A DNA stretch of 63,799 bases, counting the filler, from Octopus bimaculoides (taxonomy: Eukaryota), in NCBI RefSeq assembly GCF_001194135.2. It is 12 parts of 12 records of this genome, joined end to end, with 100 filler letters (N's around TTAATTAATTAA, not from the genome) between each part and the next. Parts side by side here need not be neighbours in the genome. Positions count along the whole stretch, not along the records: positions 15,419 to 36,456 come from NC_069010.1; positions 36,557 to 41,618 come from NC_068997.1; positions 41,719 to 44,128 come from NW_026313149.1; positions 44,229 to 45,442 come from NW_026338854.1; positions 45,543 to 50,281 come from NC_068999.1; 7 more parts are not named here. One strand, 5' to 3'. Below, in pieces: positions 34,441 through 46,120 of the stretch; positions within the stretch are counted from its first letter, which is position 1; each line of letters begins with the position of its first letter. Both the position numbers and the translations under genes were made by a program. The notes under the pieces are model-generated. The model had not been told where the DNA came from and ran no database searches. It saw nothing but the letters and a program-made list of their open reading frames with translations.

Positions 34441-34534
34441 ACAGGAAGCTGTGTCGGGAGTTGGCCAGACTGCCAATCCTGTGGATGGAACCAAAACGGA
34501 GGAAAGTTCACTACATCCATGGAATCGTCAGTAA
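34441..34534 (+). CDS. Ankyrin gene probable last coding exon (QEAVSGVGQTANPVDGTKTEESSLHPWNRQ*)
   Basis: Strong acceptor tttccttgcag|; phase 2 gives a stop at 34532-34534; donor TG|gtgagt at 34542/34543. An alternative acceptor 4 nt downstream changes the frame. Confidence 0.5.
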
Positions 34535-34987
34535 AACAATTGGTGAGTACAGATTTCGTTTTTTTTTTAGCTGTTTCGGTCACGTCTGCGGCCAGGCTGG
34601 GGCACTGCCTCGGAGAATGTTTAGTCGAATGAATCGCGTTTCATACATTTATTGTAGTTTTCCACTTGGTACTTATTCTATTGGTCACTTTTGCCAAACC
34701 GCTAAGTTACAGGGACATAAACACAACAACATAGGTTGTCAAGTGATGGTGGAGGACAAACACGGACACAAAGACACACACACACAGGCTGTTATGTTGA
34801 TCAGATCAACCTGATCTCTTGTCGTAACTGGAGTTCCAGTCTAGTCTGTACTACCACTATTACTGTTATCCATACCATCTCTCACCACCACCACTACTAC
34901 AACTACAACTACTACTACTACCATTACTACTACCAACACCTCTCCACCACCAGTACTATTGCCTAAACTACTACTCTATCATTACAG

Positions 34988-35080
34988 ATATATCTCCAGA
35001 TCGTGTTCGCAGGTTTCTCAACAGAATCACCTCCATCTACTCCAACATGGATCCTTACATAAAGCATGGAAACAAAATAG
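34988..35080 (+). other. Candidate downstream exon (3' UTR, or coding DISPDRVRRFLNRITSIYSNMDPYIKHGNKI in phase 1)
   Basis: attacag| ... AG|gtgagt; 93 nt, open in phase 1. Confidence 0.35.
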
Positions 35081-35149
35081 GTGAGTATATATATTTAGAC
35101 ACACTCATACACACTTATATGTGTATATAGACATTTTTTCATCATGTGT

Positions 35150-35311
35150 TCACAAGAGTTCCAGCACTGCTTCAAACAGTAGAAAATGCCTCTGGACCGA
35201 TGCATTGCTTGAAATGGAGAATATTTTGAAGGAGATAAAAGTGTAAACATATAAAACTATGTGAATAAAATAATATTACAGAATTCCGGCTTCTTTTGGG
35301 TACCCCTTTCG
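35150..35311 (+). mobile_element. Mariner 3' end fragment
   Basis: EFQHCFKQ*KMPLDRCIA*NGEYFEGDK, then TIR ...gggtacccctttcg-TA. Confidence 0.7.
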
Positions 35312-35478
35312 TATACCAGCTGTATGTGTACATAGATATGGGTGTCTGATACCCATACATGTGTATCTGCCATGTGTATGTGTGTCTGGGTGGATGTGCA
35401 TGTAGATTAGAGTTTATGGCTCATGGCAACAGCATGTTGGTGATTATGTGCATGTTTGCTAGGGTGTGTATACATATG

Positions 35479-35835
35479 GGTGGAGGCGCAATGGCCCAGT
35501 GGTTAGGGCAGCGGACTCACGGTGATAGGATCGCGGTTTCGATTCCCAGACCGGGCGTTGTGAGTGTTTATTGAGCGAAAACACCTAAAAAGTTCCACGA
35601 GGCTTACCGGCAGGGGATGGTGGTGGCGGAACCCTGCTGTACTCTTTCACCCCACAACTTTCTCCCACTCTTACTTCCTGTTTCTGTTTGTGCNNNNNNN
35701 NNNCCCCCCCGAGAACTACGTTAAGGGTACACGTGTCTGTGGAGTGCTCAGCCACTTGCACGTTAGTTTCACGAGCAGGCTGTTCCGTTGATCGGATCAA
35801 CTGGAACCCTCGACGTCGTAAGCGACGGAGTGCCA
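35479..35835 (+). mobile_element. SINE family B
   Basis: Full-length, A box TGGCCCAGTGG, B box GTTTCGATTCC. Confidence 0.9.
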
Positions 35836-36178
35836 ACAACAACAACAAGTATACATATGGGTGCAGCTACGTATCAACCATGTGTGAATATTTGCATTTG
35901 TGTATATACAGGTGTATATACAGGTGTATATACAGGTGTATATATCAGCTGCATGTGTATCAATTTGTGTGTGTGTGTGTATGTGTGTGTGTGTGTGTGT
36001 GCAAAAACACGTGTTAGTATCTGTTGTATGTGCATGCGTGTGCATATCTATTTAGGATGCATGTACTGGTGTGTGCATACGGGTACTTGGTTAATATATA
36101 TATATGTGTGTATGATAGGCTTCCAACTACCTATCTACAAAACCCACTCACTAGATATTAGGTTGGCCCAGCCTAGAG

Positions 36179-36205
36179 CAGGGGTTTTCAGTTTGAAAAC
36201 CCCTG
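36179..36205. mobile_element. 27-bp hAT relic (two joined TIRs)
   Basis: caggggttttc-agttt-gaaaacccctg flanked by gcctagag / gtttagag; the same terminus restarts at 36258. Confidence 0.55.
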
Positions 36206-36556
36206 GTTTAGAGATAAGATTTGGCTGCTATTTTCAGCATGGCGATATTTCTTAGATCAGGGGTTTTCAAACTTTTTGACTTGCGGACCCCTTTATATTT
36301 CAGGCTTTACCTTAGGGACCCCCTTATAAATGCTTATGAAATTTATACATAAATATTTGCTTAAAATAACATATATTTTTACATTTATTTATTTAACAGT
36401 GTTTAACAAAATAGGTTTATTGTCAAGTAAAAGATTTCGATTAAAAAAACATATATNNNNNNNNNNNNNNNNNNNNNNNNNNNNNNNNNNNNNNNNNNNN
36501 TTAATTAATTAANNNNNNNNNNNNNNNNNNNNNNNNNNNNNNNNNNNNNNNNNNNN

Positions 36557-36830
36557 GGCGCAGGAGTGGCTGTGTGGTAAGTAGCTTGCTTACCAACCAC
36601 ATGGTTCCAGGTTCAGTCCCACTGCGTGGCACCTTGAGCAAGTGTCTTCTACTATAGCCTCGGACCGACCAAAGCCTTGTGAGTGGTTTTGGTAGACGAT
36701 ATTTCTTCGGTTCTTTACGTTGTGAGGTCAAATTCCGCCGAGATCAACTTTACCTTTCATCCTTTCGGGATCGATAAAACAAGTTCCAGTTGAGCACTGA
36801 TGTCAATGTAATCCACTAGTCTCCTCATCA
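36557..36830 (+). mobile_element. SINE A 5' half joined to SINE C
   Basis: A head to ~36697, then ...ggtcaaattccgccgagatcaactttacctttcatcctttcggg. Confidence 0.7.
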
Positions 36831-36959
36831 AGTCTTGTCGTGATAGAAGAAACAGTTATTGTCTCTTTTGTATTTCCTGTTTCATGTCCTTGTAATCAAG
36901 TGACACTTCCCTTTAGCACCATGAGCAGTTCCAAGAGTGGGATCTTCTGGAATTTATAA

Positions 36960-37230
36960 ATATTGATGTTACCCGGGATATGTGTTTATAATAGAAAAAA
37001 ATTCTTCTGTTTGTACTGTACTATCTATTGTAGCCGTAAAGTGTTTGGTGCAACTGTAGCCCATTTTGATGCCAGTTTTATCAAATATATTATATCTGTG
37101 CTCTATGGGGAAATGTTTATTTATTAAGTTTAAGAAAATTCTGGCATCTTTAGGAAATACATTTAAACTAAGGAGAAGATTATACCATATGATATTTCTT
37201 TGGCTATTAGTGAACATTAGGGCTTTATCA
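36960..37230 (-). mobile_element. Penelope-like element ORF fragment
   Basis: QRNIIWYNLLLSLNV...FLNLINKHFP...IKMGYSC matches the PLE RT-to-GIY-YIG linker. Confidence 0.7.
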
Positions 37231-37995
37231 CTTTATTGTAACTAAACATGTAAAGTAAGATTCAATGAATCAACTAATAGGATGATAAAAATCACCATTT
37301 ATTTTAGCGCAACCTAATTTATAGCATTACCAATTATTACAAAAGGTGAGCCTAAGCTTAGTCGCTCTGCCTGCTAGAAATAACCAGAAATTCTCCTGCA
37401 AATCACGTCTTATAATTGTAAAAAGAGGGTATATTTGAAAATGCTGCTGCACNNNNNNNNNNNNNNNNNNNNNNNNNNNNNNNNNNNNNNNNNNNNNNNN
37501 NNNNNNNNNNNNNNNNNNNNNNNNNNNNNNNNNNNNNNNNNNNNNNNNNNNNNNNNNNNNNNNNNNNNNNNNNNNNNNNNNNNNNNNNNNNNNNNNNNNN
37601 NNNNNNNNNNNNNNNNNNNNNNNNNNNNNNNNNNNNNNNNNNNNNNNNNNNNNNNNNNNNNNNNNNNNNNNNNNNNNNNNNNNNNNNNNNNNNNNNNNNN
37701 NNNNNNNNNNNNNNNNNNNNNNNNNNNNNNNNNNNNNNNNNNNNNNNNNNNNNNNNNNNNNNNNNNNNNNNNNNNNNNNNNNNNNNNNNNNNNNNNNNNN
37801 NNNNNNNNNNNNNNNNNTCCCAGCCCTCCTTCGTAGACAGCCATCACTTCCTCTTCCTGGCACCATTGGAATACTTACAACTGTAACCAGTAACCACCGT
37901 TTCTGTCCTCACCCTGCCCCCTTACCTTCTGCCCTCTGCTCTCCCACCCCCGCCAAATCCCCCATTGGTAAACGCTTCTCTTCCCGTTTAACCGA

Positions 37996-38164
37996 TCAGC
38001 GAAATAAAACGTTATCGATTACTAGAACAGCAACAACAGTAACAACAACAGCAACAACAACAACAGCAACAACAACAACAACAACAGCAACAACATGGAC
38101 AACAGCAACGCCAGTAGAAATAGCAAAACAAACATCTACAACACCATGTACAACAACAACAAGA

Positions 38165-38239
<75 letters not shown>

Positions 38240-38470
38240 ACAGCTGATGCTGACGATGATGAAGATGGTGACGATGATGGCGGTGATGATGATGGTGGTA
38301 ATGACGATGATGATGATGAAGATGATGATGCCACTGATGTTGCTGTTGTTGTTGATGATGATGGTGATGATGTGAATGCTGCCGTTGCTGCAGCTGTTGT
38401 TGTTCTTAATAGTGATGATGATGATGACGATGATGAAGCTGTTGATGATGCTGATGATGATGATGATGAT
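37996..38470. repeat. Compound trinucleotide microsatellite (CAA)(CTA)(CTG)(GAT)(GTT)
   Basis: Direct reading. Confidence 0.9.
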
Positions 38471-38849
38471 NNNNNNNNNNNNNNNNNNNNNNNNNNNNNN
38501 NNNNNNNNNNNNNNNNNNNNNNNNNNNNNNNNNNNNNNNNNNNNNNNNNNNNNNNNNNNNNNNNNNNNNNATATATATATATATATATATATATATATTG
38601 CATATATTTACATATATATACATAATTGTGTGTATCTATGGATATGTATTTATGTGTATGTCTAGTGTTTAATATGTATGCGAATGTGTGTGGGTGTGTG
38701 TGGGTGTCAGCCAGTGCAGTCGTTTAGAAGCTGTAGAAATGCTTAAGATGTTAATGCAATTAGACAAAGAAGATGTGTGATAATAATAATACTAACTAAT
38801 GTAGAACATACAGATAAGCATTCATATCACATTATATTTAGCCGTGTAA

Positions 38850-39287
38850 ATTCCGTTGAGGTCGACTTTGCCTTTCATCCTTTCGGGGAAGATAAATTAA
38901 AGTACCAGTTGCCGATCTAATCGACTGGCCACCTTCCCCAAAATTTCGAGCCTTGTGCCTAGAGGAGAAAAGATTGTATTTAGCCGTGTTCTACGGTGCC
39001 GAAGGAAGCTAGTACAGATACTGTAGAATATACTTGAAAAGGCCCCTAATTTTGAAAAAAAAACAAAAAAAAACGCACGAATTTTGTTGCAAGGCCAACA
39101 AGTTCGTGGGTGGGAGATAAGTCAATTACATCGACCTCAGTATTCAACTAGAATTTATTTTATCGACCCCGAAAGGATGAAATTCAAAGTCGACCTCGGC
39201 GGAATTTGAACTTAGAATGTAAAGACAGACGAAATCCCGCAAAGCATTTTTTTCCGGCGCGGTAACGATACTGCCATGTCACCGCTT
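38850..39287. mobile_element. Tail-to-tail pair of SINE C copies (38850-38980 +, 39085-39287 -)
   Basis: Mutually reverse-complementary bodies. Confidence 0.75.
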
Positions 39288-39372
39288 TAATACACATAAA
39301 TATTGAAAGAATTATATTTCTAATGTATTTGTAGGTTTAGCTTCAGCAAATATATTGATCATGCAGGAAATA

Positions 39373-39578
39373 CTGTATGTTCCGGTATATAAGTCGACAT
39401 AGTATTCAGTCTAAACATATATCAATATTCAAACATCGTCTCTATATTTTACGAATCCAAATGCATTTCACATAGATGTTTTTGTCCTCCAAAGCCGTCT
39501 TGGTGTATAAGTCGACCTCTCTTTTTTGGGGCTGTACATTTTGGTAAGAAAAAATAGACTTCTATGCCAGAAATACAA
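39373..39578. mobile_element. pogo/Tigger-like MITE
   Basis: TA-ctgtatgttccggtatataagtcgac ... tagacttctatgccagaaatacaa-TA. Confidence 0.55.
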
Positions 39579-39865
39579 TATCTATTTCATGCAGAAGTTC
39601 ATGTTCAAAACAATTCCTTCCGTGAAGCGGTTGAAACTATTTTGTCTCATGGTCTTCGTTAATTCATATTACGTTCATCTGTAGTTTATAGAAGCGTTTT
39701 CCGCTCCTCTTGGTAGCCACGAATGACAAACAGATGTGTAATGCGCCAGTGATGTAGCGATAAAGCTATAACTTTATTAGGGCACCAATATTGGGAAGCA
39801 ATTTAAACAGTTTTAAACAGCACAGTTAACCACACAATTTTTTTCAACCAGATATTCTTCTTGAT

Positions 39866-40261
39866 CAGTGTTTCTCAACCGGAATCTATATAGCCCCTGG
39901 AGGTCTACATATGATTTTTAGGGGTCCTTGCAAACAAAATAGTAAATTGGAGGTCCCCGGTGGTATTTAAGGGGTTCAAGAAAAATCTTTTACTTTAGAC
40001 ATATCTATTGTAAGAAACATTATTTAGGGTTCTTTCTCTAACACTTAACATGGTTCAACATGTTTCCAGCCACTGAATCACGTTCTTTCGGCGTGTGCTG
40101 TTGCAAGCCTACACAAGTGAATGTTTGAAAAACAAAATTAGAGTTTTAAAAGACGTATTTATAAAACTGGTATTTAAACATTCTAATTGCCATCGGGGTT
40201 CACCAGTGTAAAATAATAACCAAAAGGATCCATAAGAAAAAAAAATGGTTGAGAACAACCG
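39866..40261. mobile_element. hAT (Charlie-like) MITE
   Basis: TIRs cagtgtttctcaacc / ggttgagaacaaccg; degenerate 8-bp TSD ttcttgat / ttctaatt. Confidence 0.6.
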
Positions 40262-41239
40262 TTCTAATTCTTCTGGATATAATTTGACCTCAAAAGTACG
40301 CCCCAATTACCAACTTGGTGTCTCGAAACGAAATCTATTATTTCCATATGCTGTTTTAATTTATCACTGATTCATTTAACACGTTGTTTCTTTGGAACCT
40401 TTAACACACCCGTGATAAGTGAGGAGAGATGTATTTCATTTAATGTCGTCTGCCAATCATTTAGAGCTAAACCAGTCATACGTCAGTTAAACTGGTCTCT
40501 GGGTTTCTTTTCATTCTTGTTCTATATACAATTTTCGTTGTATCACACTCTTCAAAGAGTTAACAAACACCTCCTTTCATCGAATTCTGCTGCATCTTCT
40601 GCTAATCCTTCTGGCTAATTGTTCAAAGATATATCTTTTTTCTTTTTTTGCGCAACTGATACGTTCTAATACAAGGGGTCATGATAAATGATGATTGCAA
40701 ATTAAAATACAAGCTTCACAAATATTAGATAGGTTAGCAAGAATGAACTGTTATGGCTCAATAATAATCGGTTGTTGAATATCGTGTTATACAGTCTCAA
40801 TACGTCGTGTTATACAGTCGTGTTATACAGTCGTGTTATACAGTCTCAATACGTTGCTGAAGTTGTAGTCATCATGTCTGACTACTGATTGGCTACCGAA
40901 AGCGACGTGATCTTGTCTTATGGGTGATAGGTTTTTGAACGGGTGATAAAGAAAAAATTATCTACTGCGAAATATCTGAGTTTGGTATAATCTTAATTTT
41001 CTTATATGTTTTAGAGTAAAGAAAACATTAGTTTTTAAGTTAGAAAGCAATAAAAATACCTTTGATGACAAGATGACATATTTATGGAGGGTGGAGCGAC
41101 ATAAAAACGATAAACAACAACTGTGTAAGGAAGAGTGCGGAAATTTTTACTCCAAGTTTGTATAAAACACATCAACACACACACACAGGTATGTATGTAT
41201 TAATGTATGTATGTATGTATGTATGTATGTATGTATGTA

Positions 41240-41618
41240 GGTGGAGGCGCAATGGCCAAGTGGTTAGGGCAGCGGACTCACGGTCATAGGATCGCGGCTT
41301 CGATTCCCAGACCGGGCGTTGTGAGTGTTTATTGAGCGAAAACACCTAAAGCTCCACGAGGCTCTGGCAGGGGATGGTGGCGAACCCTGCTGTACTCTTT
41401 CACCACAACTTTCTCTCGCTCTTACTTCCTGTTTCTATTGTGCTTGTAATTCAAAGGGTCAGCCTTGTCACACTGTGTCACGCTGAATATCCCCGAGAAC
41501 TACGTTAAGGGTACACGTGTCTGTGGAGTGCTCAGCCACTTGCACGTTAATTTCACGAGCAGGCTGTTCCGTTGATCGAATCAACTGGAACCCTCGACGT
41601 CGTAAGCGACGGAGTGCC
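41240..41618 (+). mobile_element. SINE family B
   Basis: Full-length copy. Confidence 0.9.
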
Positions 41619-41990
41619 NNNNNNNNNNNNNNNNNNNNNNNNNNNNNNNNNNNNNNNNNNNNTTAATTAATTAANNNNNNNNNNNNNNNNNNNNNNNNNN
41701 NNNNNNNNNNNNNNNNNNCCTCACAATCGTAAGCTCAACGCTCTAACCACTGAGCCATGTGCCTTCACAATAGACATCCCCACTCAATAGACATCTATTT
41801 TCCTACTGCTTTCTGAACTCCTTAAGTCACTAGTATCTCTTGGTCATATATCCACCAACATTGAGGACATTTCTCTCTCTCACTTCTCCCATCTTCTAAG
41901 TCACTGGTACCACTAGTTGCCTAAACTAAATATGTTGCAATCCTCAACTCTCTACATCAATTAGTTTCATCCCCTACCTGCATTCTTAAC

Positions 41991-42182
41991 TGACATACGG
42001 TCACTTCAAATACTCTGCATCAGTTTCTCACCTTCAAACACAAACCAAACATCTAGTAGACCATTACCATCCCTATACCAGTTAGATCTAATTGGTATAG
42101 TTATGGTAATGGTCTAGTAGTATTCGGGTTTGTACTTGAAGGTGAGAAACTAATGTAGAATGCTTGAAGTGGCTGTATGTCA
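41991..42182. repeat. 192-bp spacerless imperfect palindrome
   Basis: 96-bp arms, 18 mismatches, no indels, centre AGATCT. Confidence 0.88.
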
Positions 42183-42385
42183 TTTGCCTCTACTCCTCCC
42201 ACTACTCATGTTGTACCCACACCGCCCTTGCCAATCCCACTCTAATCATTACATCTATCCCTTTTTCAACTGAATATCAACATTCGAGAATATCCTCCCA
42301 GCACATATATATACTGCAGATGTCAACTTGCAACAGGTTTGGTCTCCACAGTTTCATAAGTTCAGAGGTTCAGAAGTTTCAAAGG

Positions 42386-42781
42386 GCACTGCATAAGCAA
42401 TGGGCACTGTATAGGTAAAGGCACTGCATAGGCAATAGGTATTTCATAGGCAATGGGTACTGCATAGGCAATGAGCACTGCATAGGTAATGAGCACTGCA
42501 TAGGTAATAGGCATTGCACAGACGATGGGCACTGCATAGGCAACGGGTATTTCATAAGCAATGGGTGTTGCATAGGCAAAGACATTGCATAGATAATAGG
42601 CACTGCATAGAAATGGGCACTGCATAGGCAAAGACACTGCATAGGTAATAGGCATTGTATAGACAATGGGCATTGCATAGGCAAAGGCACTGCATAGGCA
42701 GTGGGCACCGCATAGACAAAGGTGTTGCATAGGCAGTGGGCACCGCATAGACAAAGGCGTTGCATAGGCAATGCGCACTGT
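42386..42781. repeat. 18-bp minisatellite (~22 units, gcactgcataggcaatgg)
   Basis: Direct reading; explains the YAVPIA / PMQCLL repeat ORFs. Confidence 0.9.
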
Positions 42782-44385
42782 CCGGTGTTGTAGACCCAGC
42801 AAGTAAAAACAAGCCTCAGAGGTCCTGAAAACAATTATGGGTGCCCCCTTTATTTTTTCTCCATGTTATAAAATGATTCTTTTCAGCAAAGAAAGCAACT
42901 CAATTTGCAAAGTAGGTTCAATTCCCAGTCACTTGTTTGACATACATGACTAATGACCTTGGGGTGAAAGTAAACATCACAACTTTCACTGACCTCATCT
43001 TTGAAGTCAATAAGGTTTGTCAGTTTTTGATAGATACATCTTATGCTGTCAAGACAAACAATTGACTATTTATCTCATGAGCTGATTGCTCATAAATAAA
43101 TATTTATGCTTTTACGTTTTTATTGTCTCAATGACAAATTATTTTCTATATCACTTGTATAGCNNNNNNNNNNNNNNNNNNNNNNNNNNNNNNNNNNNNN
43201 NNNNNNNNNNNNNNNNNNNNNNNNNNNNNNNNNNNNNNNNNNNNNNNNNNNNNNNNNNNNNNNNNNNNNNNNNNNNNNNNNNNNNNNNNNNNNCTTCTTC
43301 TTCTTTTCTTCTCCCTCACTGTCTTCTTCTCATTCCTTGTCTTCTCCTTTATGGTCTTCTTCCACTTTTTAAAACTTTTCTTCTTTGTTCTCTTCATTTT
43401 TTCATTTTTTTCTTTTATTGTCTCCCTCTTCATCTCTCTCTCTCTCTCTCTTCCCTTTTCTGTTTGTGTTTTTTTTTGTTTTCTCTTCTCTCTCTGACTT
43501 TTTTTCAATCTTTCAATTCTTTCTCTTTCCTTCCATTTTTCAATGATTTTTTTTTTTTTTTTCATCTTCAGCCACATTTCATTAATGTTGATGTCTCTAC
43601 ATACTACAGTTCTTATGCTAATAATTTTGTGTATGCAGTTAGAGTCTATTATTGATTTGTAACACAGACACAAAACTTGAAATTATAAGGAAATGTTATT
43701 CGATGAAATTGATCCATTACTTGTTGTATTGCCTGTACCCGTCTCCAAGGATGAAAGGCTAAATTAACTTCAGTGAGTCTTAACTAAAGGGACATAGTTA
43801 AATACTACAAAGTAGTTAGTCTGGAGATTGTTGCTATTGTAGTTGTTTTGCTCCAGGTTAAATTTGATTGTGCAGACTATGATCAAAAACAGTTCAGCAG
43901 TGCTAATCCATCCTTTTAACTAATGCATTTCAAGATTTACATTGTCTAATTTATCCTTACATGAGATTTGAAATGAGATTTGGCTGCTATTACTAGGAAA
44001 CTGAACAACCATATAGTGGAATTAGTCATTTACTTAGTTTGGCAATAACACAACACAATATTAACCACACTCTATTTTATTTTCTTTATAACAAAATAAT
44101 TTATACTAAAGCCAAGAAGAAACAAACTNNNNNNNNNNNNNNNNNNNNNNNNNNNNNNNNNNNNNNNNNNNNTTAATTAATTAANNNNNNNNNNNNNNNN
44201 NNNNNNNNNNNNNNNNNNNNNNNNNNNNTTAGTCGAGCAAATCGACCCCAGGACTTATTCTTTGTAAGCCTAGTACATCTCAAGCGATGTTGGGGGGACA
44301 AAAACAAACATACACACACACATATTTATTTATTTATTTTTGCGTTTCAGCCAAGTGGCTGCGGTCAGGCTGGAGCACCACCATA

Positions 44386-44450
44386 AAAGGTATTTTTCGA
44401 TGTTATTATTATTATTAGTAGTAGTAATAATAACATCGAAAAATACCTTT
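44386..44450. repeat. Perfect 26-bp inverted repeat at a SINE D tail
   Basis: aaaggtatttttcgatgttattatta / taataataacatcgaaaaataccttt. Confidence 0.9.
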
Positions 44451-45542
44451 CCAGGTCACTGCTTGGAATCGAATTCGGAATTTTGGGGTTAGTAGCCCGA
44501 GCTCTTAACCACTATGCCATATGCCTGTGGGCATATATATGTTATGTTGGCAAACAATCTTTACTCCAAAGTACTGTTGCTAAATATCTCATGTTGTGAG
44601 ATTTACAAACAGTAATTTTCTTAAGTCAGAGATCGGTTTGCAGATCTTCGCATTCGGGGTTAGTTGCTTAAAAGTTATATACTAGCTTAAAAGCCGCCTA
44701 TGACTCTCCCGTCGAAGACGATGTTTGAGAATTCAGCTTTTGTCGAACGATCTGCACAAAAAAGATTTGTGTTTGAGAGATCAGATGTATGCGCTGTACA
44801 TTACCTCACTCTCGCCATCAAATCGACGTTGTCCGAACAGGTGTATGGTGTACTATGCTTCAAGTGTCAAAGTAATCGCAAAGCAACGTGAGACGAACTG
44901 TTTTGCTCAAGAGCACATCGCACTACCCTGTCTAAAAAACGAAACTACGATCTCGCGATTGTGAGTACAACACCATAACCACAAGGCCATACATCCTCAT
45001 ATGCATATATACATACAGATATAGGGTAAAAATTAATAATTAGTTAATTATCTATTTATTTATTTATTTATGGGTTTCAGCCAAGTGGCTGTGGTCATGC
45101 TGGAGCACCACCGTGATTTTCCGTCTTTATGCTGTGCTCTCTTCACGTTCCTTGCATGGCTCTTCTCTTCCACCTGATATAGTCCAATCAAGAGTTTTTG
45201 ATGGCACATCTGGTGTATAAGAGAATTTGACATCGCTGCCCTAAACTATGTCTCATTTCGAGCCATTGGTTCGTCTGGTATCGTGCAGAGGAAAGCGTCG
45301 AGTTTTATCTTGAAAACTTCCACATCCGTGTCTTGCAGGTCTCTCAAATGTTTTGGCAGGGCAATTAGTAATTTTACCAAGTAGTTCGGTGTGTTTTAAA
45401 AAAAACCATTATCGGTAAATTTATATATATAAAATTAAAATTNNNNNNNNNNNNNNNNNNNNNNNNNNNNNNNNNNNNNNNNNNNNTTAATTAATTAANN
45501 NNNNNNNNNNNNNNNNNNNNNNNNNNNNNNNNNNNNNNNNNN

Positions 45543-45562
<20 letters not shown>

Positions 45563-45578
<16 letters not shown>

Positions 45579-46120
45579 GTCCGTGTGTGTATTTATGTAT
45601 ATATGAGTCTGTGTATATCTGTGTGTGTGTGTATGTGCATGAGTGTATTTGTACATATATGAGTGTGTATTTATGTATATGTGTGTGTGTATTTATGTAT
45701 ATGTGTGTGTATTTATGTATGTGTGTATATTTATGTATATATGTGCGTGTGTGTGTATTTATGTATGTGTGTGTGTGTATTTATGTATATGTGCGCGTGT
45801 GTGTGTATTTATGTATATGTGCGCGTGTGTATTTATGTATATGTGTGTGTGTGTATTTATGTATATGTGCGTGTGTGTGTGTATTTATGTGCGTGTGTGT
45901 GTGTATTTATGTATATGTGTGTGTGTATTTATGTATGTGTGTGTGTGTGTGTATTTATGTGTGTGTGTGTGTATTTATGTATGTGTGTGTTTGTATTTAT
46001 GTATGTGTGTGTGTGTGTATTTATGTGTGTGTGTGTGTGTGTATTTATGTATGTGTGCGTGTGTATATTTATGTGCGTGTATGTATATGTGTGTATGTGT
46101 ACGTATGTATGTATGTATAT
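45563..46120. repeat. (TG)n / gtatttatgt compound repeat
   Basis: Direct reading. Confidence 0.9.

Noticed and set aside
34435-34542. Cys-containing frame TGSCVGSWPDCQSCGW as a RING remnant
   Set aside because: Needs phase 0 while exon 7 ends in phase 2; spacing does not fit C3HC4.
35479-35552. tRNA-like sequences with A/B boxes (also 41240, 33386, SINE A and C heads)
   Set aside because: Each continues into a shared SINE body and lacks a clean cloverleaf; these are SINE heads.
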